From Patescibacteria group bacterium (GTDB lineage: Bacteria; Patescibacteriota; Microgenomatia; Levybacterales; UBA12049): a stretch of 64,000 nucleotides of DNA. Both the position numbers and the translations under genes were made by a program. The stretch covers positions 4 through 64,003 of the forward strand of contig JAMDAA010000018.1 in the NCBI GenBank assembly GCA_023484045.1, read 5' to 3'. Shown in pieces: positions 49,258 through 59,209 of the stretch. Each line of letters starts with the position of its first letter. Within the stretch, counting starts at the first letter, position 1. The notes below the pieces were generated by a model that had not been told where the DNA came from, did no database searches, and worked only from the letters and a program-made list of their open reading frames with translations.

Positions 49258-49723
49258 TTACAATAACAAAAATTTTAACTGTCGACTGGTTGTTTTCTTT
49301 ACTGATTTCGACTCTGACTTCTTTTTTTCCGTTTGACCCGACAAGCTTATTTAAAACTTTATCGTTCGCTTTAGTCTGGACAAAAGATTTTGCATTCATT
49401 CCCATCCCTTTTATTTTTTCTTTATACCAATCTGTTATTTTTTGTGCATCGTCTAAACTTTCAAGCTCTAAATTGCCATTGTCATTTTTTATTTTTACCG
49501 AACCGGGGTAAATTAAATCTTCATTTTGTTTACTGTTTTGATTTTTATTGATTATCGGGGCCGGAGTATTTGATGGCTGGTTTTGCTCTTCTTTAAAAAC
49601 CGTCGGAGTAGGAGAGATCAGTGTTTTTTGTCTTTTTTCGATCGGATTCAAAAAATATTTTTGTCCCAAAATTACTATTATAAGAAGCGTAACTAGAATT
49701 CCTAAAACCCTAATGCTATTCAT
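49247..49723 (-). CDS. Hypothetical membrane-anchored protein
   Basis: N-terminal TM; IYPGS...I.DWYKEK...G pattern. Confidence 0.7.
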   Translation of the reverse strand: MNSIRVLGILVTLLIIVILGQKYFLNPIEKRQKTLISPTPTVFKEEQNQPSNTPAPIINKNQNSKQNEDLIYPGSVKIKNDNGNLELESLDDAQKITDWYKEKIKGMGMNAKSFVQTKANDKVLNKLVGSNGKKEVRVEISKENNQSTVKIFVIVINP

Positions 49724-49783
49724 GCACCAATATTATACTCCCGTTGTCAACCCTTCGATTTTAAAAACTACTCTATATATGGT

Positions 49784-51130
49784 CTATTGACATGAAGAGT
49801 TATTGGGGATGTATTTACACCACCATGGTTTTGGTGTAGAAGTCGGTTCTGGTGTCAAATTTGCAGATTGCGTAGAAACTGGTGTCGGAGTTATCGTTGG
49901 GGCAGGAGTCGATGTGGGTGTAGGACTTGGTGTTGGCGTCGGAGTTAAAGTCGGCGTTGGACTAATTAAACTACAATCAACCGCTCTACATGCATTAATC
50001 CTTCCGTATGTCCAATACTTTCCGGTCCCTAAAACCTTATCTGTTGTAGACTCGATTTTATTTCTGACTTGGGAATTAGTCCAGTTAGTATGCAAACCAA
50101 AAACAAGACCTGCAAGACCCGAAACAAAAGGTGCTGCCATCGAGGTTCCCGAAAGATACGTGTAATCACCCTTATAAGTTGAAACTATCGAAACTCCGGG
50201 CGCTGCAACATCAACCCATAAACCATAATTCGAAAAACTCGCTTTGCTATCGTTTTGATCAGTCGCGGCTGTAGCAATTATGTTTGAATAATACGCCGGA
50301 TAAAATCTTTGTTTGCTGTTATTGTTGCCCGCTGCCGCAACAACCACAACTCCCTTATTCCATGCATAATTTACTGCATCTTGTAAAGTCCTTGAAGATG
50401 ATGTTCCCCCCAAACTCAGATTTATTACTTTTGCATTATTATCTGCCGCCCAAATAATCCCATTGGCAACCCATGAATAATATCCGCTACCCGTGTTGTC
50501 GAGTACTTTTACCGAAAGAAGTCGAGTATCGTATCCTACTCCCGCAACTCCCAAACTATTGTTCGTAATACTGGCCGTAATTCCGGCAACGTGAGTTCCG
50601 TGTCCGTCTCCATCGATATCAGGATCAGATGTAAAATTGGCGCGGCCGGCGATTTTTGTGGACAGATCAGGATGAACCGAATCTATTCCCGTATCAACAA
50701 TGGCGACGTTGATTGTTGAAAGCCCGTGCGTCGAATTCCAAGCATACTCTGCCTGGATTTTTTTTAAACCCCATTGATTTGGATAATAAGGATCGTTTGG
50801 GGTCTCGAGTTTTGTTGCGACAAAATCGGGTTCTGCATATTCGACAATATTGCTTTGGATGAATTTATTAGCAAATTCATAAGATCGTCCTTCTGGTATC
50901 TTTACTACAAGCGCATCAGTAAGTTTTAACCGTTCTTCTTTAAACGCGCCAAAACTTTTTATGAGAGTATTTTGTAGATTCTCAGGTGTAGCGGGACGAA
51001 ACTTTACAATGATCCTGTCTGGTTTTAATACTGCTTTAAAAGAGGATGAGGCAGAGAAAACCGGAGACTTTATAATAAACAACAAAATCGGTAATAAAAG
51101 TATTGCGAGAAGAAAGAAAAACCTTTTCAC
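49784..51130 (-). CDS. Subtilisin-family S8 protease (thermitase-like) with I9 propeptide and PT tail
   Basis: Catalytic motifs VAIVDTG, HGTHVAG, AAAGN and SGTSMAAP. Confidence 0.95.
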   Translation of the reverse strand: MKRFFFLLAILLLPILLFIIKSPVFSASSSFKAVLKPDRIIVKFRPATPENLQNTLIKSFGAFKEERLKLTDALVVKIPEGRSYEFANKFIQSNIVEYAEPDFVATKLETPNDPYYPNQWGLKKIQAEYAWNSTHGLSTINVAIVDTGIDSVHPDLSTKIAGRANFTSDPDIDGDGHGTHVAGITASITNNSLGVAGVGYDTRLLSVKVLDNTGSGYYSWVANGIIWAADNNAKVINLSLGGTSSSRTLQDAVNYAWNKGVVVVAAAGNNNSKQRFYPAYYSNIIATAATDQNDSKASFSNYGLWVDVAAPGVSIVSTYKGDYTYLSGTSMAAPFVSGLAGLVFGLHTNWTNSQVRNKIESTTDKVLGTGKYWTYGRINACRAVDCSLISPTPTLTPTPTPSPTPTSTPAPTITPTPVSTQSANLTPEPTSTPKPWWCKYIPNNSSCQ

Positions 51131-51214
51131 CTATTTTCTTTATAACACCGGCTTTTACTTTTTGTCAATAACTTATGTTTTTTATAAATCTTTGATACAA
51201 TAAAATAGACATTC

Positions 51215-51856
51215 ATGAATCGGGAAGAAGCGTATCAAATTTTATTTGAGCTTGTAAAAAATCCCAGTCTTATAAAACATCATTTAGCTTGTGAAGCCGT
51301 GATGAAGGCTTTGTATCGCAGATTAAATAATCAGATAAATCAACAGGACGAAGAAAAATGGGGACTAGTAGGATTATTGCATGATGCCGATTATGAATTA
51401 TCGCACGATCACCCGGAAAAACATTCTTTGATTTTAGAAGAAAAGTACGGAAACGTAATTCCGCAAGATGTTATGTACGCGATAAAATGCCACGATTTCG
51501 AAAACACAAAAGTCGAGCCAAAAAGTCTTATGGATTGGAGTATTTATTGTTGTGACGAATTAACCGGAATAATAATCGCTTCAACTCTTATTCACCCTGC
51601 CTCGCCAGACGGCTCGCCTCGACTCGCCTCGCGAAGCGGGTTCGGCGAAGCGGGCGGGCAAGGCGGGCTCGACAAAAAATTAGTATCTGTTACTCCCGAT
51701 TTTGTCTTAAACCGTTTTAACGAAAAATCTTTTGCCAGAAGCGCAAATCGCAATTCCGTAAAAAGGTGCGAAGACAAACTCGGCATTCCGCTTTTGGAAT
51801 TTATTGCTATTTGCTTAAACGCGATGAAGATGATAAGTAACGAGCTTGGATTGTAA
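51215..51856 (+). CDS. HD-domain phosphohydrolase (HDIG-like) with an in-frame palindrome insertion
   Basis: KHHLACEA.M, GLLHDAD, DELTG.I and K.FA...R. Confidence 0.88.
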   Translation: MNREEAYQILFELVKNPSLIKHHLACEAVMKALYRRLNNQINQQDEEKWGLVGLLHDADYELSHDHPEKHSLILEEKYGNVIPQDVMYAIKCHDFENTKVEPKSLMDWSIYCCDELTGIIIASTLIHPASPDGSPRLASRSGFGEAGGQGGLDKKLVSVTPDFVLNRFNEKSFARSANRNSVKRCEDKLGIPLLEFIAICLNAMKMISNELGL

Positions 51857-51945
51857 TCACAATCCGAATAGGGGTTAAACCCCTAAAACAGATTATTAGG
51901 ACAATAAATTTTACAAAATGGAAGTCATTTGATAGAATAGCTTTA

Positions 51946-53169
51946 ATGGATAAACCAAAAAGTCACCAACAAATCGGGCAGGAACAAGATTTATTTGTCT
52001 TATCAGACCTGGTCGGATCGGGCCTTCCGATGTTCACCCCGAAAGGCGCCACTGTTAGAAGAATCATCGAAGAATACATGTTCGATCTTTTATCTAAATA
52101 CGGATACGACCATGTATGGATTCCCCATCTAGCGAGAAAAGAACTTTACGAAATTTCGGGACATCTCGAAAAATTCGGCGAAGACATATTTCCGGAAATG
52201 AAAACAAAAGGAAGAAGCTATATTCTAAAGGCAATGAATTGTCCTCACCACATTCAGATATTTGGGCGGAAACCCATAAGCTACAAAGAAATGCCTCAGC
52301 GATACGCTGAAACAACAACCGTTTACAGATCAGAGCAATCTGGTGAACTTGGTGGTTTAACTCGAGTTCTGTCGATTACACAAGACGATGCACACGTCTT
52401 TTGTACAAAAGAGCAGCTTAAGGACGAATTTAAAAAAGCCATTGAAATCAACAAGCAAGTGTTAAAAGATTTTGGATTTCACGAGAACTGGATTAGACTT
52501 TCTTTATGGGACAAGGGCCAAAAGGAAAAGTATCTGGGAGATGAAAAAGTCTGGGAAGAAATGCAAAATTTAATGAGAGAAATTCTCACGGAAACAAAAA
52601 CTCGCTTTAAGGAAGCGGCTGGAGAGGCAGCTTTTTATGGGCCAAAGATGGATCTTATGGTGATTGACTCACATTGTAGAGAATGGCAGGTTTCCACAAT
52701 TCAGCTCGATTTTAATCTTCCGGAAAGATTTAATATTTCCTATATTGATGAAAAGGGAGAGAAGGAGAGACCATATATGATTCATAGGGCAACGCTCGGA
52801 TCTGTCGAAAGGTTTTTAGGAGTTTATATCGAACACGTTCAAGGGGCGTTTCCGCTTTGGCTTTCTCCGGTTCAGGCGGCAGTAATTCCGGTTTCTGATA
52901 AATTTATTGAGGCTGCAAAAAAAGTTTTTGAGGTACTTAAAAACGAAGGAATAAGAGTTGAGCTAAACGACAAAAACGACACGCTGTCGGCCAAAATCCG
53001 CGACTGCACTTTGCAAAAAATACCCTACATGTGTATAATAGGAGGTAAAGAAGCGGAAAACGAAAGGCTCGTTGTTTCCGTAAGAACCCGGGAAGGAAAA
53101 GATTTGGGACAACTCGATGTTCCAAATTTTTTAAAGGATTTAAAAGAACAAATTGATAAAAAGATTTAG
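51946..53169 (+). CDS. thrS: Threonyl-tRNA synthetase, short form without TGS and editing domains
   Basis: Motifs KAMNCPHH, YRSEQSGEL.GL.RV, QDDAH, AFYGPK.D, TIQLDF and MIHRA.LGS.ERF. Confidence 0.96.
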   Translation: MDKPKSHQQIGQEQDLFVLSDLVGSGLPMFTPKGATVRRIIEEYMFDLLSKYGYDHVWIPHLARKELYEISGHLEKFGEDIFPEMKTKGRSYILKAMNCPHHIQIFGRKPISYKEMPQRYAETTTVYRSEQSGELGGLTRVLSITQDDAHVFCTKEQLKDEFKKAIEINKQVLKDFGFHENWIRLSLWDKGQKEKYLGDEKVWEEMQNLMREILTETKTRFKEAAGEAAFYGPKMDLMVIDSHCREWQVSTIQLDFNLPERFNISYIDEKGEKERPYMIHRATLGSVERFLGVYIEHVQGAFPLWLSPVQAAVIPVSDKFIEAAKKVFEVLKNEGIRVELNDKNDTLSAKIRDCTLQKIPYMCIIGGKEAENERLVVSVRTREGKDLGQLDVPNFLKDLKEQIDKKI

Positions 53170-53746
53170 AGGAAATCAACAAAGAGTTTTTTACAGGATT
53201 AATGAGCGTATTTATGCGCCCAATCTTCGCGTTTTAGACTCTGAGGGAAAGCAAATCGGTTTATTGAGTCGCTTTGAAGCACTAAGTCGCGCAAAAGACG
53301 AAGGATTGGATTTAGTCGAAATCGCGCCGAAGGCAAACCCACCGGTAGCAAAAATAATCGACTATAATAAATTCCTTTACCAGATGGAGAAGAAAAAACG
53401 CGAGGAAAAGAAAAAAACTAAAAGTTCTGAGACAAAAGAAATAAGACTCGGACCTTTTATGGACGATCACGATTTGCAAGTCGCGATAAGACGGGGACGG
53501 GATTTTTTAGGAGACAATAACAAGGTCAGACTCGTCGTAAAATTTATCGGAAGACAAATCGTCCATCCCGAATTCGGAAAAGAAATATTAAATAAAGTTG
53601 TAACGGCGCTTTCGGACATATCAAAAACCGAAAGAGATCCGCATTTTGAGGGAAAGCAACTGATAACAATGCTTTCTCCGGAAAGGAAAAAGGTAAAACA
53701 AGATGAAGAAGAAAAAAATCAAGAAATCGGTGTCGAAAAGATTTAA
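53153..53746 (+). CDS. infC: Translation initiation factor IF-3
   Basis: INERI...R...GLDLVEIAP...PPVAKIIDY.KF.Y; non-AUG start, exact position uncertain. Confidence 0.95.
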   Translation: MIKRFRGNQQRVFYRINERIYAPNLRVLDSEGKQIGLLSRFEALSRAKDEGLDLVEIAPKANPPVAKIIDYNKFLYQMEKKKREEKKKTKSSETKEIRLGPFMDDHDLQVAIRRGRDFLGDNNKVRLVVKFIGRQIVHPEFGKEILNKVVTALSDISKTERDPHFEGKQLITMLSPERKKVKQDEEEKNQEIGVEKI

Positions 53747-53900
53747 GATCACAAAAAAGGGGAAAGTACTTTTTGATCACCAATACACTGGTCATTTAAA
53801 AAGACATAAGTCTAAAAGAAGACAAAGAAGACAAAACGAACCCGGAATTTTAAAGGGAAGTTTTGCTAAAAAAATTAAAAAACTCATGGGAAATTTATGA
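53703..53900 (+). CDS. rpmI: 50S ribosomal protein L35
   Basis: K..KS..KRFKIT..GK...H...K; conserved position between infC and rplT. Confidence 0.92.
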   Translation: MKKKKIKKSVSKRFKITKKGKVLFDHQYTGHLKRHKSKRRQRRQNEPGILKGSFAKKIKKLMGNL

Positions 53901-54079
53901 AGCTTCTGAAAGAAGCGGAATCCTTCCGAAGCTTCAGCGAAGGTGGATAAATGGGAAAACAAAGAGCGCGAAAAAATTTTAATTTTAGGGAAACAAGGTC
54001 TGAAAGATCGGCGAACCGTTCTTACAGAGATTTCGGAAGATATTTTAAAAAATTATTCCAAATCAGACCTAAATAAAAT

Positions 54080-54424
54080 ATGACAAGAGTTAAAAGAGGG
54101 GTCGTGTCCCGGAGAAAACACAATAAATTAAAAGAGCTGACAAAAGGGTATAGGGGAACTAAGAGTAAGCTCATAAGAGACGCTAAACAAGCCGAACTTC
54201 ATGCCGGCGCTTACGCTTATCATGGAAGAAAAAGAAAAAAGAGAGAATTCCGAAGACTTTGGATTACAAGAATCGGCGAAGCGGTAAAAGTGGAAGGGAT
54301 TTCCTACAGTGTTTTTATCGATAAATTGAAAAAGGGGAATATAGAGCTTGACCGAAAAATTTTAAGCGAATTAGTTGTCGAAGATCCTGCTACTTTTAAA
54401 CAGATCGTAAATAGTGTAAAATGA
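54080..54424 (+). CDS. rplT: 50S ribosomal protein L20
   Basis: Motifs MTRVKRG, KGYRG, R..KR.FR.LWI.RI and LDRK.LS.L. Confidence 0.97.
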   Translation: MTRVKRGVVSRRKHNKLKELTKGYRGTKSKLIRDAKQAELHAGAYAYHGRKRKKREFRRLWITRIGEAVKVEGISYSVFIDKLKKGNIELDRKILSELVVEDPATFKQIVNSVK

Positions 54425-54473
54425 TTATACCCTGAGCGAAGTCGAGGGGTAATACTGAGTGTAATCGAAGTAT

Positions 54474-54592
54474 ATGAAAAGAAGTTTGAATTTTTGGTTT
54501 TATTACTTTACTTCCCGGTAGGGGGGACGAAGTTAATGGATTAATATAATCCAAAACCAAAACTTACAGCCTCCCAAAAGGGAGGTTTTTTT
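54474..54592 (+). promoter_or_regulatory. Aromatic-rich leader peptide (54474-54521) with terminator (54569-54592)
   Basis: MKRSLNFWFYYFTSR*; terminator GCCTCCC-AAAA-GGGAGGT followed by a T run; alternative pairings TTTTGGTTTT/AAAACCAAAA and AGGGGGG/CCTCCC. Confidence 0.72.
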
Positions 54593-54615
54593 GTGATAAA
54601 AAGGAGGTGATTTTT

Positions 54616-54816
54616 ATGGAAAATGAACAAAGAATAATACGTATTCCAAATCTTGGATCAGAAATATTAGAAAAATTAGGTGTTGGACCAAACAGGGGAG
54701 TTGTTTTAACCAACGAAAGTCCCCGTGAAATTATTAATATGCTGCCACCGATGGATAGACAAAAAATCGGAAAAAAACCAGTCCAGATCGACGGTCGCGG
54801 TCATATATGTTCATAA
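54616..54816 (+). CDS. Small hypothetical protein, possibly a truncated remnant
   Basis: Strong SD AAGGAGGTGA; 66 aa. Confidence 0.55.
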   Translation: MENEQRIIRIPNLGSEILEKLGVGPNRGVVLTNESPREIINMLPPMDRQKIGKKPVQIDGRGHICS

Positions 54817-54843
54817 TGATTTCTTTATGGTATCCTTAAAAAT

Positions 54844-55881
54844 ATGGAAGAAGAATTAGTCGGGATTAAAAATGCGGCGATTTCATTTACTCTGGAATGT
54901 AATTCTTTGGAAGAGCTTGAAGAAGTGAAACTTCAATTTTTGGGTCGAAGCGGAAAATTGACACAGACGATTAAAAATATCGCGACCGTTCCTTTAGAAA
55001 AACGGCCGGAAATCGGGATGCTTGCAAACGAAATAAAAAATATAATCGAAGAAACGATCGAGCAAAAACACGAAACTTTAAAGTCTGAACATTATAAAAA
55101 AAGAAAAGAGGCAATCGATATTACAAAACCCGGAATTAAACCCAAAATCGGACATATTCATCCGATTACCCAAACGATTTTAGAAATGATCGATATTTTT
55201 AAAGGCATCGGATTCCAGGTAGCAGACGGCCCCGAAATCGAAACCGATTATTATAACTTTGAGGCGCTGAATATCCCGAAAGATCATCCATCGCGAGACA
55301 CACAACAAACATTATACCTTGACACAAGAAACAGCAAGGTCGAACCCGGAGAAGTAATTCTTAGAACCCAAACATCAAATATGCAGGGAAGAATAATGCA
55401 AAAAATAAAACCCCCGTTTCGGGTAATCGTTCCCGGAAAAGTTTACCGCTACGAACAGGTCGACGCGTCACACGGATTCGAATTCTGGCAACTCGAAGGA
55501 TTTACTATAGATAAAAATATTACCATGTCAGATCTTTTCGGAACACTCGATTACTTTATAAAGAAATTTTATGGCAATGATACAAAAGTAAAATTTGTTT
55601 GCCATAATTTTCCGTTTGTTGAACCGGGTGCCGAAGCATATATTACTTGCACGGTCTGCAAAGGAAAAGGCTGCACTTTTTGTAAAAGAAGCGGTTGGGT
55701 CGAAATGTTGGGTGCCGGAATGATTCATCCGAATGTTTTAAAAGCCGCAAAGATTGATCCCAATGAGTGGCAAGGTTTTGCTTTCGGAACAGGATTTTCC
55801 AGAATGGCAACATTAAAATATCAGATGGATGATTTAAGACTCTTAACAAACCCTGATCTTAGAATTTTAAATCAATTCTGA
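54844..55881 (+). CDS. pheS: Phenylalanyl-tRNA synthetase alpha subunit
   Basis: Motifs NFEALNIP.DHP.R, LRTQTS, PGKVYR, FPFVEP and GAGMIHP.VL. Confidence 0.97.
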   Translation: MEEELVGIKNAAISFTLECNSLEELEEVKLQFLGRSGKLTQTIKNIATVPLEKRPEIGMLANEIKNIIEETIEQKHETLKSEHYKKRKEAIDITKPGIKPKIGHIHPITQTILEMIDIFKGIGFQVADGPEIETDYYNFEALNIPKDHPSRDTQQTLYLDTRNSKVEPGEVILRTQTSNMQGRIMQKIKPPFRVIVPGKVYRYEQVDASHGFEFWQLEGFTIDKNITMSDLFGTLDYFIKKFYGNDTKVKFVCHNFPFVEPGAEAYITCTVCKGKGCTFCKRSGWVEMLGAGMIHPNVLKAAKIDPNEWQGFAFGTGFSRMATLKYQMDDLRLLTNPDLRILNQF

Positions 55882-55906
55882 ATTATGAATTCTAAATTTA
55901 AAATGG

Positions 55907-55946
55907 AAGAATAGGTGTAGCTATAAAAACACCCTAAGGGTGTAAA
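55907..55946. repeat. Orphan REP-like element matching the flanks of the RAYT at 5.8-6.5 kb
   Basis: AAGAATAGGTGTAGCTATAAAAACACCCTAAGGGTGTAAA. Confidence 0.65.
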
Positions 55947-55967
55947 GCTGCTCCTGAAAGGATACAG

Positions 55968-56414
55968 ATGTTAATAAAAAATAAGAAGAAACACCGACAT
56001 TTAGCAGTAGTTGCGATTATTTTTAATGACGAGGGAAAGATATTGTTAACTCAACGAGATGAACCAAAGACACATGCTCATAAAAAATGGCATTTCCCGG
56101 GTGGGGGAATCGAATTTGGCGAACACCCAAAACAAACTGCCCTTCGAGAAGTATTAGAAGAAGTGGGAATAAATATCGAATTATTATCGGATGATCCTTT
56201 CGTTCATTCATTCGTTTTTGAAGAAGTGAACGTTCATGCAGTAGTTCTTGCTTATCCCGCAAAATATGTATCGGGTAAAATTGATATAACCAAAGACCTT
56301 CACACGGGAGATGCAAAGTGGTTTAACAGTGAAGAAATTGATTTTTCTATCTGTCTACCAGAAGTAGAAAAACTGATCAATAAAGCCAAAAAATACTCAA
56401 TACTAGATACTTAA
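55968..56414 (+). CDS. NUDIX hydrolase located between pheS and pheT
   Basis: Nudix box WHFPGGGIEFGEHPKQTALREVLEEVG. Confidence 0.92.
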   Translation: MLIKNKKKHRHLAVVAIIFNDEGKILLTQRDEPKTHAHKKWHFPGGGIEFGEHPKQTALREVLEEVGINIELLSDDPFVHSFVFEEVNVHAVVLAYPAKYVSGKIDITKDLHTGDAKWFNSEEIDFSICLPEVEKLINKAKKYSILDT

Positions 56415-56421
56415 TACTATT

Positions 56422-58308
56422 ATGCTTGCGCCCTTATCTTGGTTAAAAGAATACGTAGATATAACATTAACTCCAAGCGTCCTCGGAGAACGCCTTACCG
56501 AGGTCGGGCTTGGTGTTGAAAAAATCGAAAAAGTCGACGGCGACGTTATTTTCGATTTAGAAATCACCCCTAACAGACCGGATTGCCTTTCAATTTTAGG
56601 AATCGCACGGGAGATCGCGGCGATCGAAGGTAAAAAAATAAAATACCCTAAATTAAAAAATGACTTGGAAAAAATTAAAGCTAAAAAAATATTACCACTT
56701 ACGATTGAAACAGACCACAAAATAAATCCGCGATTCACTGGAATTATAATCGACGGCGTAAAAGTTGAGGAATCTCCGGAATGGTTAAAAGAAAAATTAT
56801 TAAAAATAAATCAACGGCCGATAAACAATATCGTCGACATAACAAACTATGTAATGTTGGAACTCGGTAATCCGATCCATGCTTTTGACTACGACAAAAT
56901 TAAAGATCATATTATGCAGGTAAAACTTACCCGCGGCGGAGAACCGTTTAAATCTGTCGACGGATTAAATTACCGTCTGCCAAAGGATGCTGTTATTATC
57001 ACCGACTCTGAAAAAATTATCGACCTTTGCGGGATAAAAGGCGGTTACAATTCGGGAACTTTCGACAGCACAAAAACAATTTTTATAAGAGTTCCTGTTG
57101 AGGTTTCATTGTTAACAAGAAGATCATCCCAGGCGTTAGGTTTAAGGTCTGAGGCGAGCAGTATTTTCGAAAGGGGAGTAAACGCCGGTGGAACAATCGA
57201 CGCGCTAAAACGATGCGTCGATTTAATTTTGGAACTCGCGGGCGGAGAAGTCGCGAGTAAAATCTACGATTTAAAAAATCAGGAATTTAATCCTTGGAAA
57301 ATAAAATTAAGAATCGAAAAATTAAACAAAATCTTAGGAATCGAAATAAAAGAAACCGAAATCCTAAATATTTTAGAAAGATTAAATTTAAAACCAAAAA
57401 AATCCACTGAAATAATTACAGTAACTGTTCCTACTTACAGAAATGACTTAAAAATTGAAGAAGATATTATCGAAGAAGTCGCACGGCTTTACGGATACAA
57501 CAAATTTCCAAAAACTTTACCTTTTGGCGAAGTTCCAATAACAGAAATTCCGTATTTCAAAAATTACAAAATCGACGAAAAAGTAAAAAATATTTTAAAA
57601 TCTTGCGGATTTTCCGAAATTTATACGTACAGTTTAATTAGCGAAAAGGCTTTAGAAGAAACAGAAATAAGTCCCGAAAAAACACTCCGCATCGATAACC
57701 CCGTGAGCCTCGAGTATGAATACTTGAGGCCGACATTAAAATCAAACTTAATTAAAGCATTAATCCAAAATAAACCGAATTTCGACGAAATAAATCTTTT
57801 CGAACTCGGAAAAGTTTATTTGGGAAAAAATATCGACGACGCAAAAGAGGAGTATTATTTGTCCGGAATTTCAAACAAAAAAAATTATTACGAAATAAAG
57901 GGAATAATCGAAATAATTCTTTTTGAACTCGGAATTGACGAGGACGTGAATAAAAATATTGAGGTCGTAGATGAAGGAATTCTGTTCGAATTGAATTATT
58001 CAAAGCTTTTAGAAAAAATGACAAATAAAAAACTGTTTAAACAATTACCAAAGTATCCACCGGTTATCGAAGATATTGCGTTAATAGTTCCGAACGAAAT
58101 TAAAACGGGCGACATTATCGATGAGGTTAAAAAGCAAAGTGAAGTCATAAAACAAGTCGCACTTCTCGACGAGTTTGGAGAGACGCGAACTTTTCATATT
58201 GTCTATCAGGATATGCAGAAAAATCTGACAAGAGACGATGCTTTTAAAATCCGCGATAAATTCCTAAAAGTCCTCAAAGAAAAATTTGACGCCGAGATCA
58301 AAAAATAG
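56422..58308 (+). CDS. pheT: Phenylalanyl-tRNA synthetase beta subunit, lacking the B2 OB domain
   Basis: Motifs SWLKEYV, LEITPNRPDCLS..GIARE, NNIVDITNYVMLELG.P.HAFD and EEVARLYGY. Confidence 0.96.
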   Translation: MLAPLSWLKEYVDITLTPSVLGERLTEVGLGVEKIEKVDGDVIFDLEITPNRPDCLSILGIAREIAAIEGKKIKYPKLKNDLEKIKAKKILPLTIETDHKINPRFTGIIIDGVKVEESPEWLKEKLLKINQRPINNIVDITNYVMLELGNPIHAFDYDKIKDHIMQVKLTRGGEPFKSVDGLNYRLPKDAVIITDSEKIIDLCGIKGGYNSGTFDSTKTIFIRVPVEVSLLTRRSSQALGLRSEASSIFERGVNAGGTIDALKRCVDLILELAGGEVASKIYDLKNQEFNPWKIKLRIEKLNKILGIEIKETEILNILERLNLKPKKSTEIITVTVPTYRNDLKIEEDIIEEVARLYGYNKFPKTLPFGEVPITEIPYFKNYKIDEKVKNILKSCGFSEIYTYSLISEKALEETEISPEKTLRIDNPVSLEYEYLRPTLKSNLIKALIQNKPNFDEINLFELGKVYLGKNIDDAKEEYYLSGISNKKNYYEIKGIIEIILFELGIDEDVNKNIEVVDEGILFELNYSKLLEKMTNKKLFKQLPKYPPVIEDIALIVPNEIKTGDIIDEVKKQSEVIKQVALLDEFGETRTFHIVYQDMQKNLTRDDAFKIRDKFLKVLKEKFDAEIKK

Positions 58309-58321
58309 TATAAATTCTTGG

Positions 58322-58777
58322 ATGAAAAATAAAAAAATAATCACAATCTGCTCGAGCGCTACTTTTTATAAACAAATACTCGAAATCGAAGAGAAATTAA
58401 AAAAACTCGGCTTTAAAGTAAAAATACCAAAAACTGCGAAAATTATGCAAAGAAATAATAATTTTGACGTTGGCTTTTATAAAACTTGGTTTAATAACAA
58501 AAATGATTATTCAAAAAAAACAAAATTAATGAAAGACCATTTTAAAAAGATTATCGACGCCGATATGATACTTGTTGCAAATTACGAAAAAAACGGCGTT
58601 GCCGGATACATCGGCGGAAGTGTTTTAACGGAAATGGCAATCGCTTTCCACTATAAAAAACCGATTTTTATTTACGATGAAATATCAGAAGATTTAAATA
58701 TTAAAGAAGAAATTTACGGCCTAAACCCTATTTTTATTAAGAAAAACCTCAGAATAATTGCTAGTAAATTTATATGA
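58322..58777 (+). CDS. Nucleoside 2-deoxyribosyltransferase-like protein
   Basis: ITICSS..F...HF.KI..AD.ILV.N..K.G..GYIG..V..EM.IA....KPIF. Confidence 0.7.
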   Translation: MKNKKIITICSSATFYKQILEIEEKLKKLGFKVKIPKTAKIMQRNNNFDVGFYKTWFNNKNDYSKKTKLMKDHFKKIIDADMILVANYEKNGVAGYIGGSVLTEMAIAFHYKKPIFIYDEISEDLNIKEEIYGLNPIFIKKNLRIIASKFI

Positions 58778-58816
58778 TTATTGATGAAAAAGTAGATAAG
58801 TATTAGAATAAAGTCT

Positions 58817-59209
58817 ATGGAAAGTTTTAGGGATTTTATGCGACGGATTAAGTCCGAGCGAAAAGAAATCCCGGGCGAACAAATAAGAGCACGTAGGGAA
58901 AACCTGTATACCCCACATTTTCGAAAACTTCTCGAAATAACTTCGCGCGCGATGAAAGAAGAAAAGGTCGGTATTATTAATGTCACTAAAAGCTCAAATC
59001 AAGACTCAGTATCCAAAGATTTGATAAGACTTGTTCTTACCACTTCTGAAGATTTTACTTTATTCGATCAATTGGTTAACCAAAAAGCAGTGGTATTTTT
59101 TGAAAACCATAAAAGGATAGGAGAAAAAGACAAAGATATATATTCCGAACTATATCATCACATGAGGGCCGAGTGCGTTTATATTGCTACTGATGTTCAA
59201 AAAACTTAA
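58817..59209 (+). CDS. Hypothetical protein
   Basis: 130-aa ORF; no motif. Confidence 0.55.
   Translation: MESFRDFMRRIKSERKEIPGEQIRARRENLYTPHFRKLLEITSRAMKEEKVGIINVTKSSNQDSVSKDLIRLVLTTSEDFTLFDQLVNQKAVVFFENHKRIGEKDKDIYSELYHHMRAECVYIATDVQKT

Noticed and set aside
53951-54076. 41-aa basic ORF between rpmI and rplT
   Set aside because: Its apparent SD comes from a palindromic element and I recognise no ribosomal protein motif; support is too weak.
51946-58308. Short ThrS and PheT as pseudogenes
   Set aside because: The catalytic motifs are intact and the frames are open; domain-reduced forms are known in reduced genomes.
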